Source of the DNA: Octopus bimaculoides
Lineage: Eukaryota
Assembly (NCBI RefSeq): GCF_001194135.2
Contig: NC_069001.1
Coordinates: 22,725,531-22,769,158 of the forward strand
Direction: 5' to 3'
Length of the DNA stretch: 43,628 bases
Below the pieces are notes generated by a model. That model did no database searches. It was not told the origin of the DNA and worked only from the letters and a program-made list of their open reading frames with translations. The translations under genes and the position numbers were made by a program. Positions within the stretch are counted from its first letter, which is position 1, and each line of letters starts with the position of its first letter. This document shows positions 10,918 to 22,489 of this stretch, piece by piece.

Positions 10918-11155
10918 GGGGCACACGGATTAGAGATTAGGGTGTTGGACTTGTGGTTGTAAGACTGTGGTTTTGATTCCTCAACCAGACACAACATTGT
11001 GTTCTTGAGCAAAACACATTTCACGCTGTTTCAATCCATCCAGTTGGAAAAAATAAATGTTTCTGTGATGGGCTGGTGTACCATCCAGGGGCAAATATAT
11101 ACACCACAAATATCAGAAAATCGGCCTTATGAGTCAATATAACTCAGGAAGAGCC
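10918..11155 (+). mobile_element. Degenerate tRNA-derived SINE (family D, Nin/Deu-like block)
   Basis: tRNA-like head, TTGTGTTCTTGAGCAAAACAC block, then TGTGATGGGCTGGTGTACCATCCAGGGG. Confidence 0.55.
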
Positions 11156-11184
11156 TTTTTGGAGGGAAAAATTTGTGCTACCTG

Positions 11185-11480
11185 ATTTGAAATGAAAACT
11201 TAACGATACATCATGCTGTTCCAAAGTTTGGATTGCTTCAGCTGAACAAAAGGCAGAACCAAGTCACAGTTCACCGGGAAATACTTGCTCGTTCCACTTC
11301 TGATGAAGACTATCTGATAAGTGTTACATCAGTCGACATGACAACTGTATATGTATGATTGAAAAATGAAATGTAAAGAAATTTCATGGCAGTTGACTTG
11401 GTCATCTTTACCATGACAATAAAGAATTTCAGAGTGACTCAAATATGAAGAATATTATGATCATCTTTGTTGCAAGACTT
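11185..11480 (+). mobile_element. Ancient mariner (Mos1-like) transposase remnant
   Basis: Frameshifted translation HHAVPKF..EQK..QNQVTVHREILARSTSDEDYLISVTSVDMTTVYV..KEFQSDSNMKNIMIIF aligns to mariner AKFVPxLLxxEQK..RV...IITGDETWVY..KxMLIVFFD. Confidence 0.7.
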
Positions 11481-11598
11481 GGGTCTTATTTGAACAACCT
11501 CACTTAGATTTCCAGCTATAAGCTGCGGCCTAGGTATATAACCATAAAAGGCATGAGCAGCCCCTTGAAAGAATAGGAATCCCTACGCAAATGCTTAC

Positions 11599-11629
11599 CG
11601 GGCAATCAGTATTGGTTGGTGTGTATCAG
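11599..11629 (-). CDS. Candidate 31-nt exon (LIHTNQY* if entered in phase 0)
   Basis: TTTGCTTCCCTTAG acceptor, CG|GTAAGC donor. Confidence 0.25.
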
Positions 11630-11822
11630 CTAAGGGAAGCAAACATCAAATGTAGGATATGTGAGCTTACTCTCAATTTGCAATTTGAACATTCTGGAGG
11701 TTTTTGCCCATGGTAATTCAAACTGTTTTGGAGCCCATGCCCAAAGTCAACTTGCATTCCATGTGGAACTTTACCACTTTGTTCCTCTAGATGCACTCTC
11801 ACCTCCCTCTACTTATACTTAC

Positions 11823-11883
11823 ATAATGCTCTATGAATACATGTTCAACATAATTTAATGGAGCTAATTCTTGGGTGTGCAGC
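11823..11883 (-). CDS. Candidate 61-nt exon (LHTQELAPLNYVEHVFIEHY), unknown protein
   Basis: TTCATTTCATCTAATTACAG acceptor with CTAAT branch, AT|GTAAGT donor, single open frame. Confidence 0.45.
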
Positions 11884-12216
11884 CTGTAATTAGATGAAAT
11901 GAAGTATTCAAAGACACATCGCATCACTCGGTTCAGGAACAGAAGCCACGACTTTATGATTGTGAATATTAACACTCTTCCCATTAGAACATATACATTC
12001 AAATACACACACAAACACACTATTCCCCTCATACACACATATATGCAAACAGATGTGTGAATACAAGTATGTATGTATGTGTGTGTGTGTGTGTGTTTAT
12101 TTCCCACTGCTTGTCAACTGGAGATGAATTGTTTGTATTATCATTACTTAATGATTCAGTAAAAATACCAGACTCCAAAACGAAAAAAAGAACTGAATTG
12201 ATTTGATTATTTGCGC

Positions 12217-12290
12217 CATTGGTTCTCAACGTGCGTGGTATTGCCCTTATGGGGGTACTGGGCATGTTGAAGGGGGGCATTGGGTTTCAG
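12217..12290 (+). mobile_element. hAT/Charlie-type left terminus remnant
   Basis: CATTGGTTCTCAAC resembles the CAGTGGTTCTCAAC TIR and is followed by a GGGGG-rich subterminal block; no partner end found. Confidence 0.4.
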
Positions 12291-12917
12291 CGGGTGGTGG
12301 ATAACATAATTATATTAATTTTCACCTATAGTAGTAATTATATTATACATGATAAGACTAGTAATGGCTATTAAAATAAAATGAGATCTCATCAGGCAAA
12401 GGGAAGTCATTAACTTGCAATGTATAAAGTAAATTTTACAACATTTTACTTTATTAATTTTTTATTATTTTGCTGTTAAAAGCTTATGCAATCTATGTTC
12501 AGAGTAAAACTCAGAAATGATCATTCATGTTACATTAGTTTAGTCATGATACCTCACTTGCCACTTAGGTGGATGCTAGACATAACAGCTACTTAAAAGA
12601 AGGTTCTGAAGAAAAATTATTAAGAACTACTGATTTACACACTCCAAGGTGGTGCCCCAGCAAGACAACAGTTCAGTTTCTTGAACAGCTGACAAAAAAA
12701 AAAAAAGGATAAATAATAGAAAATGTATATACATGTGTAAGTGTGTATTTCTGTATCTATACATATATAGGCATTCAATTATATATTGTATTTAATGAGT
12801 TTTCTGCAACCAGGGAGGGCAAGGATCATAGTTCACAATCTTGTTTTGTTTTTCTCGTTCCATTTTTTCCACCAACCCGCTTCACGTTTTCTTCCACATT
12901 TTGTCATCTTTTCTTAC

Positions 12918-12964
12918 TGCCTAGATTCCTTGCTTTTAAAATTTATATTATGTATACACAGAGC
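12918..12964 (-). CDS. Candidate 47-nt exon (ALCIHNINFKSKESR)
   Basis: TTTTTCAG acceptor, CA|GTAAGA donor; phase 0 to 2 fits 11823-11883. Confidence 0.2.
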
Positions 12965-13065
12965 CTGAAAAATTGCTTTGAGATACATATTGTATTTTAT
13001 AAATATGCCTGTTCAAGAATCATAATAGCATGAAACTATTAGTAACTCATTTAGTTGTGTCTTTA

Positions 13066-14964
13066 ATTTGATTATGCCAGGGAAAAGCACCACTGATGCT
13101 ATATTTCTGGTAAGACAGCTGCAGGAGAAATACCTAGCCAAGGATAAACCTCTGTACCTGGCTTTCGTTGACATGGAGAAAGCTTTTGACAGGGTCCCCT
13201 GATCCCTTATCTCGTGATCAATGACGAAACTAGGGATAGAAGAATGGTTAGTGGGAGCTGTGCAAGTCATGTACAGGGATGATGTCAGTACGGTGAGGGT
13301 TGGCAATGAGTACAGTGAAGAATTCCGGGTAGAGGTAGGGTCCACCAAGGTTCAGTCCTCAGCCCTCTCCTATTTATCATAGTCCTCCAGGCAATAACAC
13401 AGAAATTCAAGACAGGATGCCTCTGGGAGCTACTCTATGCTGATGACCTTGCTCTAATTGCTGAGTCACTATCAGAACTAGAGAAGTTTCAGTTGTGGAA
13501 GCAAGGATTAGAATCGAAGGACCTTAGAGTCAACCTAGCTAAAACCAAACTCCTAATAAGTAGGAAGGCAGACAAACCACAAATCCCTTTAGGTAGATGG
13601 CCCTGCTCGATCTGTAGAAAAGGCATAGGTAGAAACTCTATAAGACGTACCCAGTGTAAGCTATGGACACATAAGAGGTGCAGCAATATCAAAGGAAGGC
13701 TAACTGGGAAGATAGTTTTTGTATATGGCAGATACTCAGGAGCAATAAACACTGAAAATGTGCAACAAACAACTTCTGCCACATTCCAGGGAGAAAAACT
13801 AGAAGTAGTTGATAGCTTCCATTACCTAGGTGACCAAGTCAGTAGCAGGAGTGGGTGCTCTAAAAGTGTAGCTGCTAGAATAAGGATAGCCTGGGCAAAG
13901 TTCAGAGAGCTCTTACCACTGCTGGTGCCATAGGGCCTCTCGCTCAGAGTAAAAGGTAAACTGTATGACGCATGTGTACGAACAGCCATGCTACATGGCA
14001 GTAAAACATGGGCCATGACTGCTGAGGACATGTGTAAGCTTGCAAGGAATGAAGCCAGTATGCTCCACTGGATATGTAATGTCAGTGTGCATACTCGACA
14101 GAGGATAAGTGCCTTGAGAGAAAAGTTGGACCTAAGAAGCATCATATGTGGTGTGAAAGAGAGACAACTGCGCTGGTATGGTCATATAGCATAAATGGAT
14201 GTGGATAGCTGTGTGGAAAAGTGCCACACTCAAGAGGTTGAAAGAATTTGTGGAAGAAGTAGACCCAGGAAGACCTGGGATGAGGTGGTGAAGCACAACC
14301 TTCGAACATTGGGCTTCACTGAGGCAATGACTAGTGACCAAGACCTTTGGAAATATGCTGTACTTGAGAAGACCCAGCAAGCCAATTGAGACCATAACAT
14401 GTGGCCTATGCCAGGGGTGTAACCAGCCCACTCATGCGTACCTTTCCTTCATTGGACAGTAAACTCTGCTTGCGAAGAACTGTTGAAGCAAGTGAAATCG
14501 AAATCATATTCAATGACTGGCATCCATGCTAGTGGAGCACTAAGAGCACCCTCCAAGCATGATCATTGCCAGAGCTTCCGTGCCAGTGGCACGTAAAAGG
14601 CACCATTCAAGCGTGATCATTACCAGTGTCGCCTTACTGGCACTTGTGCTGGTGGCACATGAAAAAATATTCGAGCGAGGTCATTGCCAGTGCCGCTGAA
14701 CTGGCTCCTGTGCAGGTGGCACGTAAATAACACTATTTGAGCATGGTCGTTGCCAGTACCGCCTGACTGGCCCTCGTGTTCCGGTGGCACGTAGAAGCAC
14801 CCACTATACTCTTGGAGTGGTTGGCATTAGGAAAGGCATCCAGCTGTAGAAACTCTACTAGATCAGATTGGAGCCTGGTGCAGCCATCTGGTTTGCCAGT
14901 CCTCAGTCAAATCGTCCAACCCATGCCAGCATGGAAAGTGGACGTTAAACGATGATGATGATGA
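13066..14964 (+). mobile_element. 5'-truncated RTE-clade LINE: RT pseudogene, 3'UTR and (GAT)n tail
   Basis: PGKSTTDAIFLVRQLQEKY..FVDMEKAFDRVP, HQGSVLSP, LLYADDL, FHYLGD, ARIRIAWAKFRELLP, LRWYGH; scattered stops and frameshifts. Confidence 0.97.
14545..14800 (+). repeat. Four ~65-bp tandem units in the RTE 3'UTR
   Basis: Units begin at about 14546, 14600, 14666 and 14731. Each has GTGCC-n3-GGCAC and most have GCCAGT-n7/8-ACTGGC. Confidence 0.85.
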
Positions 14965-14970
14965 TATATA

Positions 14971-15196
14971 TCTTTTACTTGTTTCAGTCATGAAATTGCA
15001 GCCATGCTGGGGCACTGCCTTGAAGAATTTCTTTAGTCAAATGTGTCAACCCTAGTACTCATAAGCTGGGTGCTTATTCTATCAGTCTTTTTGCTGAACT
15101 ACTAAGTTATGGGGACGTAAACACATCAATACCAGCTGTCATATGGTGGTAGGGGGGCAAATACAGTCATAAAGACACACGTGCATAGACCGATAA

Positions 15197-15261
<65 letters not shown>

Positions 15262-15426
15262 TACACACACACAACAGGCTTCTTTCAGTTTCTGTCTACC
15301 AAATCCACGCACAAGGTTTTGTTCAGCCCAAGGCTATAGCAGAAGACACTTGCCCAAATTGCTATGCAGTGGGACTGAACCTGGAACCGTGTGAATGGGA
15401 AGCAAGCTTCTTACGACACAGCCACG
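14971..15426 (-). mobile_element. SINE family A, full length
   Basis: Collinear with other copies; internal (TA)n(CA)n; tail abuts the RTE tail. Confidence 0.9.
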
Positions 15427-15896
15427 ACCAAATTCCCTACTAAAACACTGAAAAAGATCAATAAGTAATATTTCTAGTGTAAATTGATGATTTAGACAGT
15501 ATAGGGTTACAATAGGCAAAGTAGACTTCAGACCACGTTGCCTAGAAAAATTATAAATCATCGAAACGGTAATCTTGAGTTTGGTGATTGCCATTATAAG
15601 CTCCTTGATATTTTACAATAAACTAATACTTTAATCAGAGAGGTAAGCAGATAAAGAAGAAGCATATATTTTTTGGGAGGAAATGTTTTGCGATTGTAAT
15701 GAGTAGCAATAGTTTTGGAACGAGAACTAGAAATAAACGAACAGCTTTCTTGAATATGGTAAGAAAAAACATTGTGAACTGAAGGATAAAAAAAACAGAA
15801 CTTGAAATGTTTACTGCTGAGTCTTTGAGTTTTATGATATATTGTGTGTAACCAATCAGAGAACTGAATTATAGAAGAGATTGAAAAGAAATGTGC

Positions 15897-15898
<2 letters not shown>

Positions 15899-15935
<37 letters not shown>

Positions 15936-15947
15936 TGTAATAATAAT
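15899..15947. repeat. (AAT)n microsatellite
   Basis: Read directly from the sequence. Confidence 0.95.
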
Positions 15948-16308
15948 CACAAGAACACTAAATAAGAAACAGCACCAAATTAAACAACACTAAACATAGA
16001 GATATACAACCTGTGTACATATGTATGTATATACATATATACATATATATATGTATATACATACATATATATGTATGTATGTATATATATATACATACAT
16101 GCATATATATGTATATTTACACATGCATATCTATATTCATATATATATATCTACACATATATATTGTGTGGTAAGTCTTCTTCAACAATGAGAAAAGCAC
16201 TTGATCAACTAAGAGAATAAAGATAATATTATAATAAAACCTGGGTAGCTGTATTTAAGAAAAATTGTGGTTTGTATTATAATATTTTATATTATGTGTA
16301 TGCATATT

Positions 16309-16356
<48 letters not shown>

Positions 16357-16821
16357 TCTATATGATGGAGCTGTAGTAGCACTTACATGATTGAATATAC
16401 TGCATATTTTTTACCTTTTTAGAACTGGTGGAACCTATTTCGCTCCAGTTTTTCCTGAAAGAGAAAGACAAAAATTGACCTCAGTTCAGAACTGGTATTT
16501 TATTCATAGACCCTGAAAGAATGAAAAGCAAATTTGACTTCAACAGACCATCATCTAAGAGTGTAGAGAGTCAGAAAGACTGCTGTAGAGCAAACTTTCC
16601 ATTAAACTGCATGAAAGCAGGGCGAGGCAAGATGTTTATGGAGGGTTTCAGTTTTTACTTCTGAGGACAATGTTTTTACTTTCATGTTTATAGTGCTTGG
16701 GTAATAATCTTTGTCTTGTAATTTTTGTGATTGTTTGACAGATTTGTGTTGTTTTTCAATGTTTTAGGGAGAAAAGTATATATATATATACAAACACACA
16801 CACACACATTCATACATGCAA

Positions 16822-16897
<76 letters not shown>

Positions 16898-16940
16898 TCA
16901 TACATGCAAACACACACACACACACACACACATATATATG

Positions 16941-17297
16941 CACAGGAATGGCTATGTGGTAAGTAGCTTGCTTACTAACCACATGGTACTGGGTTCAATC
17001 TCACTGCATGGCACCTTGGGCAAGTGTTTTCTGTAGCCTCAGGCTGACGAAAGCCTTGCGAGTGGATTTGGTAGACAGAAACTAAATGAAGCCCATCATA
17101 TATATATATATATATATAACCCTAACCCTAACCCCCATCATAACTTGACAACCGATGCTGGTGTGTTTATGTCCCCATAACTTAGAAGTTTGGCAAAAGA
17201 GACTGATATTACTAGGCTTACAAAGAATAAGTCCTGCGCTTGATTTGTTTGACTGAAGGCGGTGCTCCAGCATGGCCACTGTCAAATGACTGAAACA
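16941..17297 (+). mobile_element. SINE family A
   Basis: Head CACAGGAATGGCTATGTGGTAAG through tail AAATGACTGAAAC. Confidence 0.9.
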
Positions 17298-17420
17298 TAT
17301 AATAATTAAGGCAGCAAGCAATGTGTACCCAAAAGGAAAATTATAACTGCCATTAAATATGACTTGGGTGTTAGAAACACCTACATTGCTAGAAATAAGA
17401 GCTAAATGCTTTAATGCTTT

Positions 17421-17817
17421 TATCTGTTTCAGTCATTTGACAGCGGCCATGCTGGAGCTCTGCCTCTAATCAAACCAATCGACCCCAGGACTTATTCTTT
17501 ATAAGCTATTAGTCTCTAATCAAACCAATCTACCCCAGGACTTATTCTTTATAAGCTATTAGTCTCTTTTGCCAAACTGCTAAGTTATGGGGACATAAAC
17601 ACAAGCATCGATTGTCAAGCTATGATGGGGGGACAAACACAGACACACACATATATACGATGGGTTTCATTGAGTTTCTGTCTACCAAATCCATTCACAA
17701 AGCCTTGGTCAGCCTGAGGCTATAGAAGACACTTGCCCAAAGTCCCACGCAGTGGGACTGAACCCAGAACCATGTGGTTGGTAAGCAAGCTACTTACCAC
17801 ACAACCATTCCTGCGCC
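17421..17817 (-). mobile_element. SINE family A with internal 50-bp tandem duplication
   Basis: Collinear with other copies; duplication at 17464-17563. Confidence 0.9.
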
Positions 17818-17823
17818 TATATA

Positions 17824-17854
<31 letters not shown>

Positions 17855-18594
17855 NNNNNNNNNNNNNNNNNNNNNNNNNNNNNNNNNNNNNNNNNNNNNN
17901 NNNNNNNNNNNNNNNNNNNNNNNNNNNNNNNNNNNNNNNNNNNNNNNNNNNNNNNNNNNNNNNNNNNNNNNNNNNNNNNNNNNNNNNNNNNNNNNNNNNN
18001 NNNNNNNNNNNNNNNNNNNNNNNNNNNNNNNNNNNNNNNNNNNNNNNNNNNNNNNNNNNNNNNNNNNNNNNNNNNNNNNNNNNNNNNNNNNNNNNNNNNN
18101 NNNNNNNNNNNNNNNNNNNNNNNNNNNNNNNNNNNNNNNNNNNNNNNNNNNNNNNNNNNNNNNNNNNNNNNNNNNNNNNNNNNNNNNNNNNNNNNNNNNN
18201 NNNNNNNNNNNNNNNNNNNNNNNNNNNNNNNNNNNNNNNNNNNNNNNNNNNNNNNNNNNNNNNNNNNNNNNNNNNNNNNNNNNNNNNNNNNNNNNNNNNN
18301 NNNNNNNNNNNNNNNNNNNNNNNNNNNNNNNNNNNNNNNNNNNNNNNNNNNNNNNNNNNNNNNNNNNNNNNNNNNNNNNNNNNNNNNNNNNNNNNNNNNN
18401 NNNNNNNNNNNNNNNNNNNNNNNNNNNNNNNNNNNNNNNNNNNNNNNNNNNNNNNNNNNNNNNNNNNNNNNNNNNNNNNNNNNNNNNNNNNNNNNNNNNN
18501 NNNNNNNNNNNNNNNNNNNNNNNNNNNNNNNNNNNNNNNNNNNNNNNNNNNNNNNNNNNNNNNNNNNNNNNNNNNNNNNNNNNNNNNNNNNNNN

Positions 18595-18637
<43 letters not shown>

Positions 18638-19095
18638 CTTATAAGTGTTTATCACAATAACAACAAAATATAAATGTTAGGTACTTATATATTCCACCTC
18701 AGAGGAAATTTCATTTCAACACATATCTACAGAATAGCAAAATACACAAGCAAAACAACTCATCAAAGCTTTAACTCAAATACATCAACACACAAGATCA
18801 ATAAACACTGAGATAATCTTTTGAAGGAATACACAAGGAAGAGGTACATTCTAGGTAGAGAAACAAAAGATGTCATTTTAAATGATATATACAACACTCA
18901 TGAATAAGACTGCCATGATACCACCAATCATATTAAAGTATCATTTAATGTTTTTTTTACTCATCAAATGTACCTTTTCCTTTGTCCACAAAACAAACAA
19001 AAAATACAATAAACCTAAGATCTGCTGAGGGTTTATGTTCATGATGTTCCAAATGCCTACATTAGAAAGTGAAATTGCATGAAGCATAGACATAC

Positions 19096-19131
19096 AATAT
19101 GCTGGTCGACATACTTGGCCAAATTGACACA
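19096..19131 (-). CDS. Candidate 36-nt exon (CVNLAKYVDQHI)
   Basis: Long pyrimidine tract plus AAG acceptor; GTATGT donor, with an alternative GTATGT 19 nt earlier in the transcript. Confidence 0.35.
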
Positions 19132-19814
19132 CTTGAAAACATTTAGAAATTAAAGGAAAGTCAAAGAAAAATTCTATACTGATATTCAAAGTTTCAGAAC
19201 AATACCAATATAACTTTATTCTTAAGCATACTCATAAGGATAGGAAACGATAGATACATCACATTAACCTAAAGCAAAGAAACAAATAAATGGATATAGT
19301 TATATCAGAAAAGGTTACACAGCTACAAAACTGTCAGGGGTAAAATCCTAACTTAGAAGAGCATTTAAATTGATTTCCAGAAACAAAGTTCCATATATTG
19401 AAACATATGGAACAAAACAAACACTAGTCCAGTATGGTTTTAGGACAAACTTATTGGCCAACCAACTGGACAATACAGGAAGCCATACAATGCAACATAG
19501 ACATCAGGTGAATCAAATGTATACTAAATTGATAATTGCTTCTAATTAAAGCCAACAGCTATAAGGAATGGCTAGTCCATACAATCAGCTCCAGTACTTG
19601 GTTGGTACTTTATTTTATCAATTCTAGAGAGATGGGTGGCAAAGTTAATCTCAGTGGGATTTGAACTCAGAATACCATAAGTCATTTGTCCGACATATTT
19701 TAGCAACTGTCTTTTCTAACTCTGTATTAAATGTACACATTTTCACAAAAACAAAATAGAAAACTTGTAAAATGGAGCACAAAGTGGATAACATGAAATA
19801 GTAAATCAACAATA

Positions 19815-19874
19815 GGCACAGGCGTGGCACCTTGGACAAGGATTTGGTAGACAAAAACTGAAAGAAGCCTGTCA

Positions 19875-19967
<93 letters not shown>

Positions 19968-20192
19968 GGGGTGGGGAGAGAGTATGTGTATCTGTGTTTG
20001 TCCCTCAGTACTGCTTGACAACCAGTATGTGTTTATATCCCCATAACTTAGTGGTTCAGCAAAAGAGACTGATAGAATAAGTACCAGATCTTAAAAAATA
20101 AGTACTGGAATTGATTCATTTGACCAAAAATACTTGTGGGTGGTACCCCAGCATGGCCACAGTCAAATGACTGATACAAGTCAAAGATAAAA
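19815..20192 (+). mobile_element. SINE family A with internal deletions
   Basis: GGCACAGGCGTGGCACCTTGGACAAG, (TA)n, then the 3' half to ACAAGTCAAAGATAAAAG. Confidence 0.8.
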
Positions 20193-20381
20193 GAATTATA
20201 ATGGACTGCAAAGATACTAAAGTTAAGATGATTTTTATCAGATATAGTGCAAGCAAGTAAACCCTCAAGCAGGTTTCTAGTGACCAGAGAGATTTATGTA
20301 TTTAGAAATAATACATTTCTAAATCTCTCAAAGAGATTTATGCAATAGTGATACGATGAAGTAGTTGTATGCTGTCAACTT

Positions 20382-20543
20382 AATGTGACAGTCCCCTGAA
20401 GGGAATAATACTACTGTTGGTTAGACATAGGAAGCTGCACCGCTTCCTGTCGGCTTTGACACATTTCCTGTGTCCTTATGTTTACAAGGGTTTACTAGGT
20501 CTAACCAACAGTAGCATTATTCCCTTCAGGGGACTGTCACATT
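20382..20543. mobile_element. MITE-like element with 49-bp TIRs (TGTGACA...TGTCACA)
   Basis: Arms 20382-20430 and 20495-20543 match at 47/49; flanks of the TGT..ACA ends are TTAA and TTGA. Confidence 0.85.
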
Positions 20544-20929
20544 GAGATTTATGTATTTCATAAGAAACGTGTCTCTCAGAGTTATATTGTGCAAACAAAT
20601 TCAACAGCTGCCTACCAGCTCACCTTGCACTTACATGAACAATAAAGAGCAATAGATGTGCATTGCACTACATGACACAAGTAAGACGAGATGAGAAAAC
20701 ATTAGCAAACAACACATGTATACTCTACAGAATTTCTCACAAAATATACCATAAATATGGAAATATTACTCATAGCACAATGCAACACTATAATAAACAC
20801 AAAATGCTCCATTCAGAAACAAAACTAAAAAATTGATTAATGATAGTAAAAAAAAAACTAATAGTCATCAATCAAACACTGGTGGTAAAGTCTCAACACA
20901 AATCATCTTGGCCCACTTTCCAAAATTAC

Positions 20930-21004
20930 TTCATCTTGTAGATGAGACCACAAGTGTCTAGAAACATTGGTGAAGGAGTTGGGAACTATACTCTTCCAAA
21001 TATA
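20930..21004 (-). CDS. Candidate 75-nt exon (YIWKSIVPNSFTNVSRHLWSHLQDE), unknown protein
   Basis: TTTCTTATGCATTTCTTGCAG acceptor, GAA|GTAATT donor, open in phase 0-0. Confidence 0.45.
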
Positions 21005-21872
21005 CTGCAAGAAATGCATAAGAAATTATAACAAAAACCTTGAAAAAAAAAAAGGAAACTGAACACATTTGTGTATTCAATATAACAGTTGTTAATATTC
21101 TTGTTTTATATATGTATGTGTGTATGCATGGATGTATGTGTGTAAGATGCACATGTATGGGGATGTTAAAATAGGTGGAAAGAATAAGAATCCTGCAGAA
21201 AGGTGAACGAAGTAAAACAGTAACCCAAGCAGATTGAAGAAATAAATCTAAAATTATAAATAAGAAGCAAAATAAAATGAATATTTAGTTAAGTTATTTA
21301 CAGTTTTTCATATGCACATAAAACATAAGCAGCAAATGCTAGAATTATTCCCGAATCCTTTAGGGGCTAATAAAATTATTTATACTGTACCATAAAAAAA
21401 CCTTTTTAGTCATTAAGTTGGCACAGAAACCTTCACCATAAACATTGGCAAAGAGAGTGGGTGTGTTTGGGGCAAAAATAAAACAGGAGCAAAAAATAGA
21501 TGGGAAAAGAATAAAAATAGCTGGGAAATGATGTTGCTAGAAGAGAATAACTTTTAGCTTATTCTCATCAATCATCATTGAAAAAGTTTATGGAAAAGCT
21601 GAAGAAATCTATCAAGGAGATATTTTACTTCTTTGCAGGTTTTTATACCTAAACTTATATATTTCTGTTGGCAGTTTCTTGTGCTTATATATAAAAACAA
21701 AAAAAATCAAAGAAACAAATGGTGTGCCATGACTCAAAAGATGGTATTTGATCAAACTGATTGCATCTGTTTTTCATCAGAACTGAGAGAGACTGGGAAA
21801 GCTTTGTTGTGTAGATAAAATTGTTCAGCTGACTTTGAGCTAAAAGACAAAACTATTTATACGAATACTTAC

Positions 21873-21893
21873 CTTATGCACTGGTGCAGTAAA
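21873..21893 (-). CDS. Candidate 21-nt microexon (FTAPVHK)
   Basis: Consensus AAG|GTAAGT donor, mediocre TGTCCAG acceptor; phase 0-0. Confidence 0.3.
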
Positions 21894-22489
21894 CTGGACA
21901 ATTCAATTTTTTTATGTACAAAAATATGTATTAATGTGTAATTAAGTTTACATGTCTTTCCACCTCACAACTTCACACATCAAGCCAAAGAGAGTGGTTC
22001 TGTGTGGTCATTTGACTCATTACAAATAGTGGCCAAATATCTTTCAAATCAGATTCTGTGCTCTGAATAATTTAATGCTCGTTAATGGTTGAATATGATA
22101 CCCTGAACACAAAATAAAAACACCATAACAATTAATATTTTAAAATTGAATTTTTATACATTTTCAAAACAGATTGGGGTCTTACAAGTGCTTGTTCATG
22201 ACCTCTGTTTCCCTGTTTCGTTATTTAACAACTCCGCAAATAATATTTCCATAATTGTCAATTTTATTGTGTATTTTGATTTACATACAACACTAATTAT
22301 GGGTACATATTGATTGGGATAATGGAATAAACATCTAGGGTTTACTCGAATTACCTACATAATACATGCATATATATATATATGTATATATATATATAGA
22401 TAGATAGATAACTCATCATGGATGCAGTGACCAGCAAGGATCAAGGTGATTGCATACATATTCATTGTTAATAAGTTCAGACAGTGATT

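Noticed and set aside
11667-11790. Open - frame EQSGKVPHGMQ..CSNCKLR ending in GTAAGC
   Set aside because: It would need 36-nt and ~40-nt flanking introns and has a poor acceptor.
14545-14800. CRISPR-like palindromic repeat array
   Set aside because: The units are homologous along their full length with no unique spacers, lie in an RTE 3'UTR, recur in other RTE copies, and have no cas genes nearby.
16430-16545. Apparent + exon TGGTYFAPVFPERERQKL
   Set aside because: It is two degenerate reverse SINE-B Meta-like blocks.
18640-19560. A-rich stretch resembling a decayed Penelope/LINE ORF
   Set aside because: Many stops and no diagnostic RT or GIY-YIG motif.
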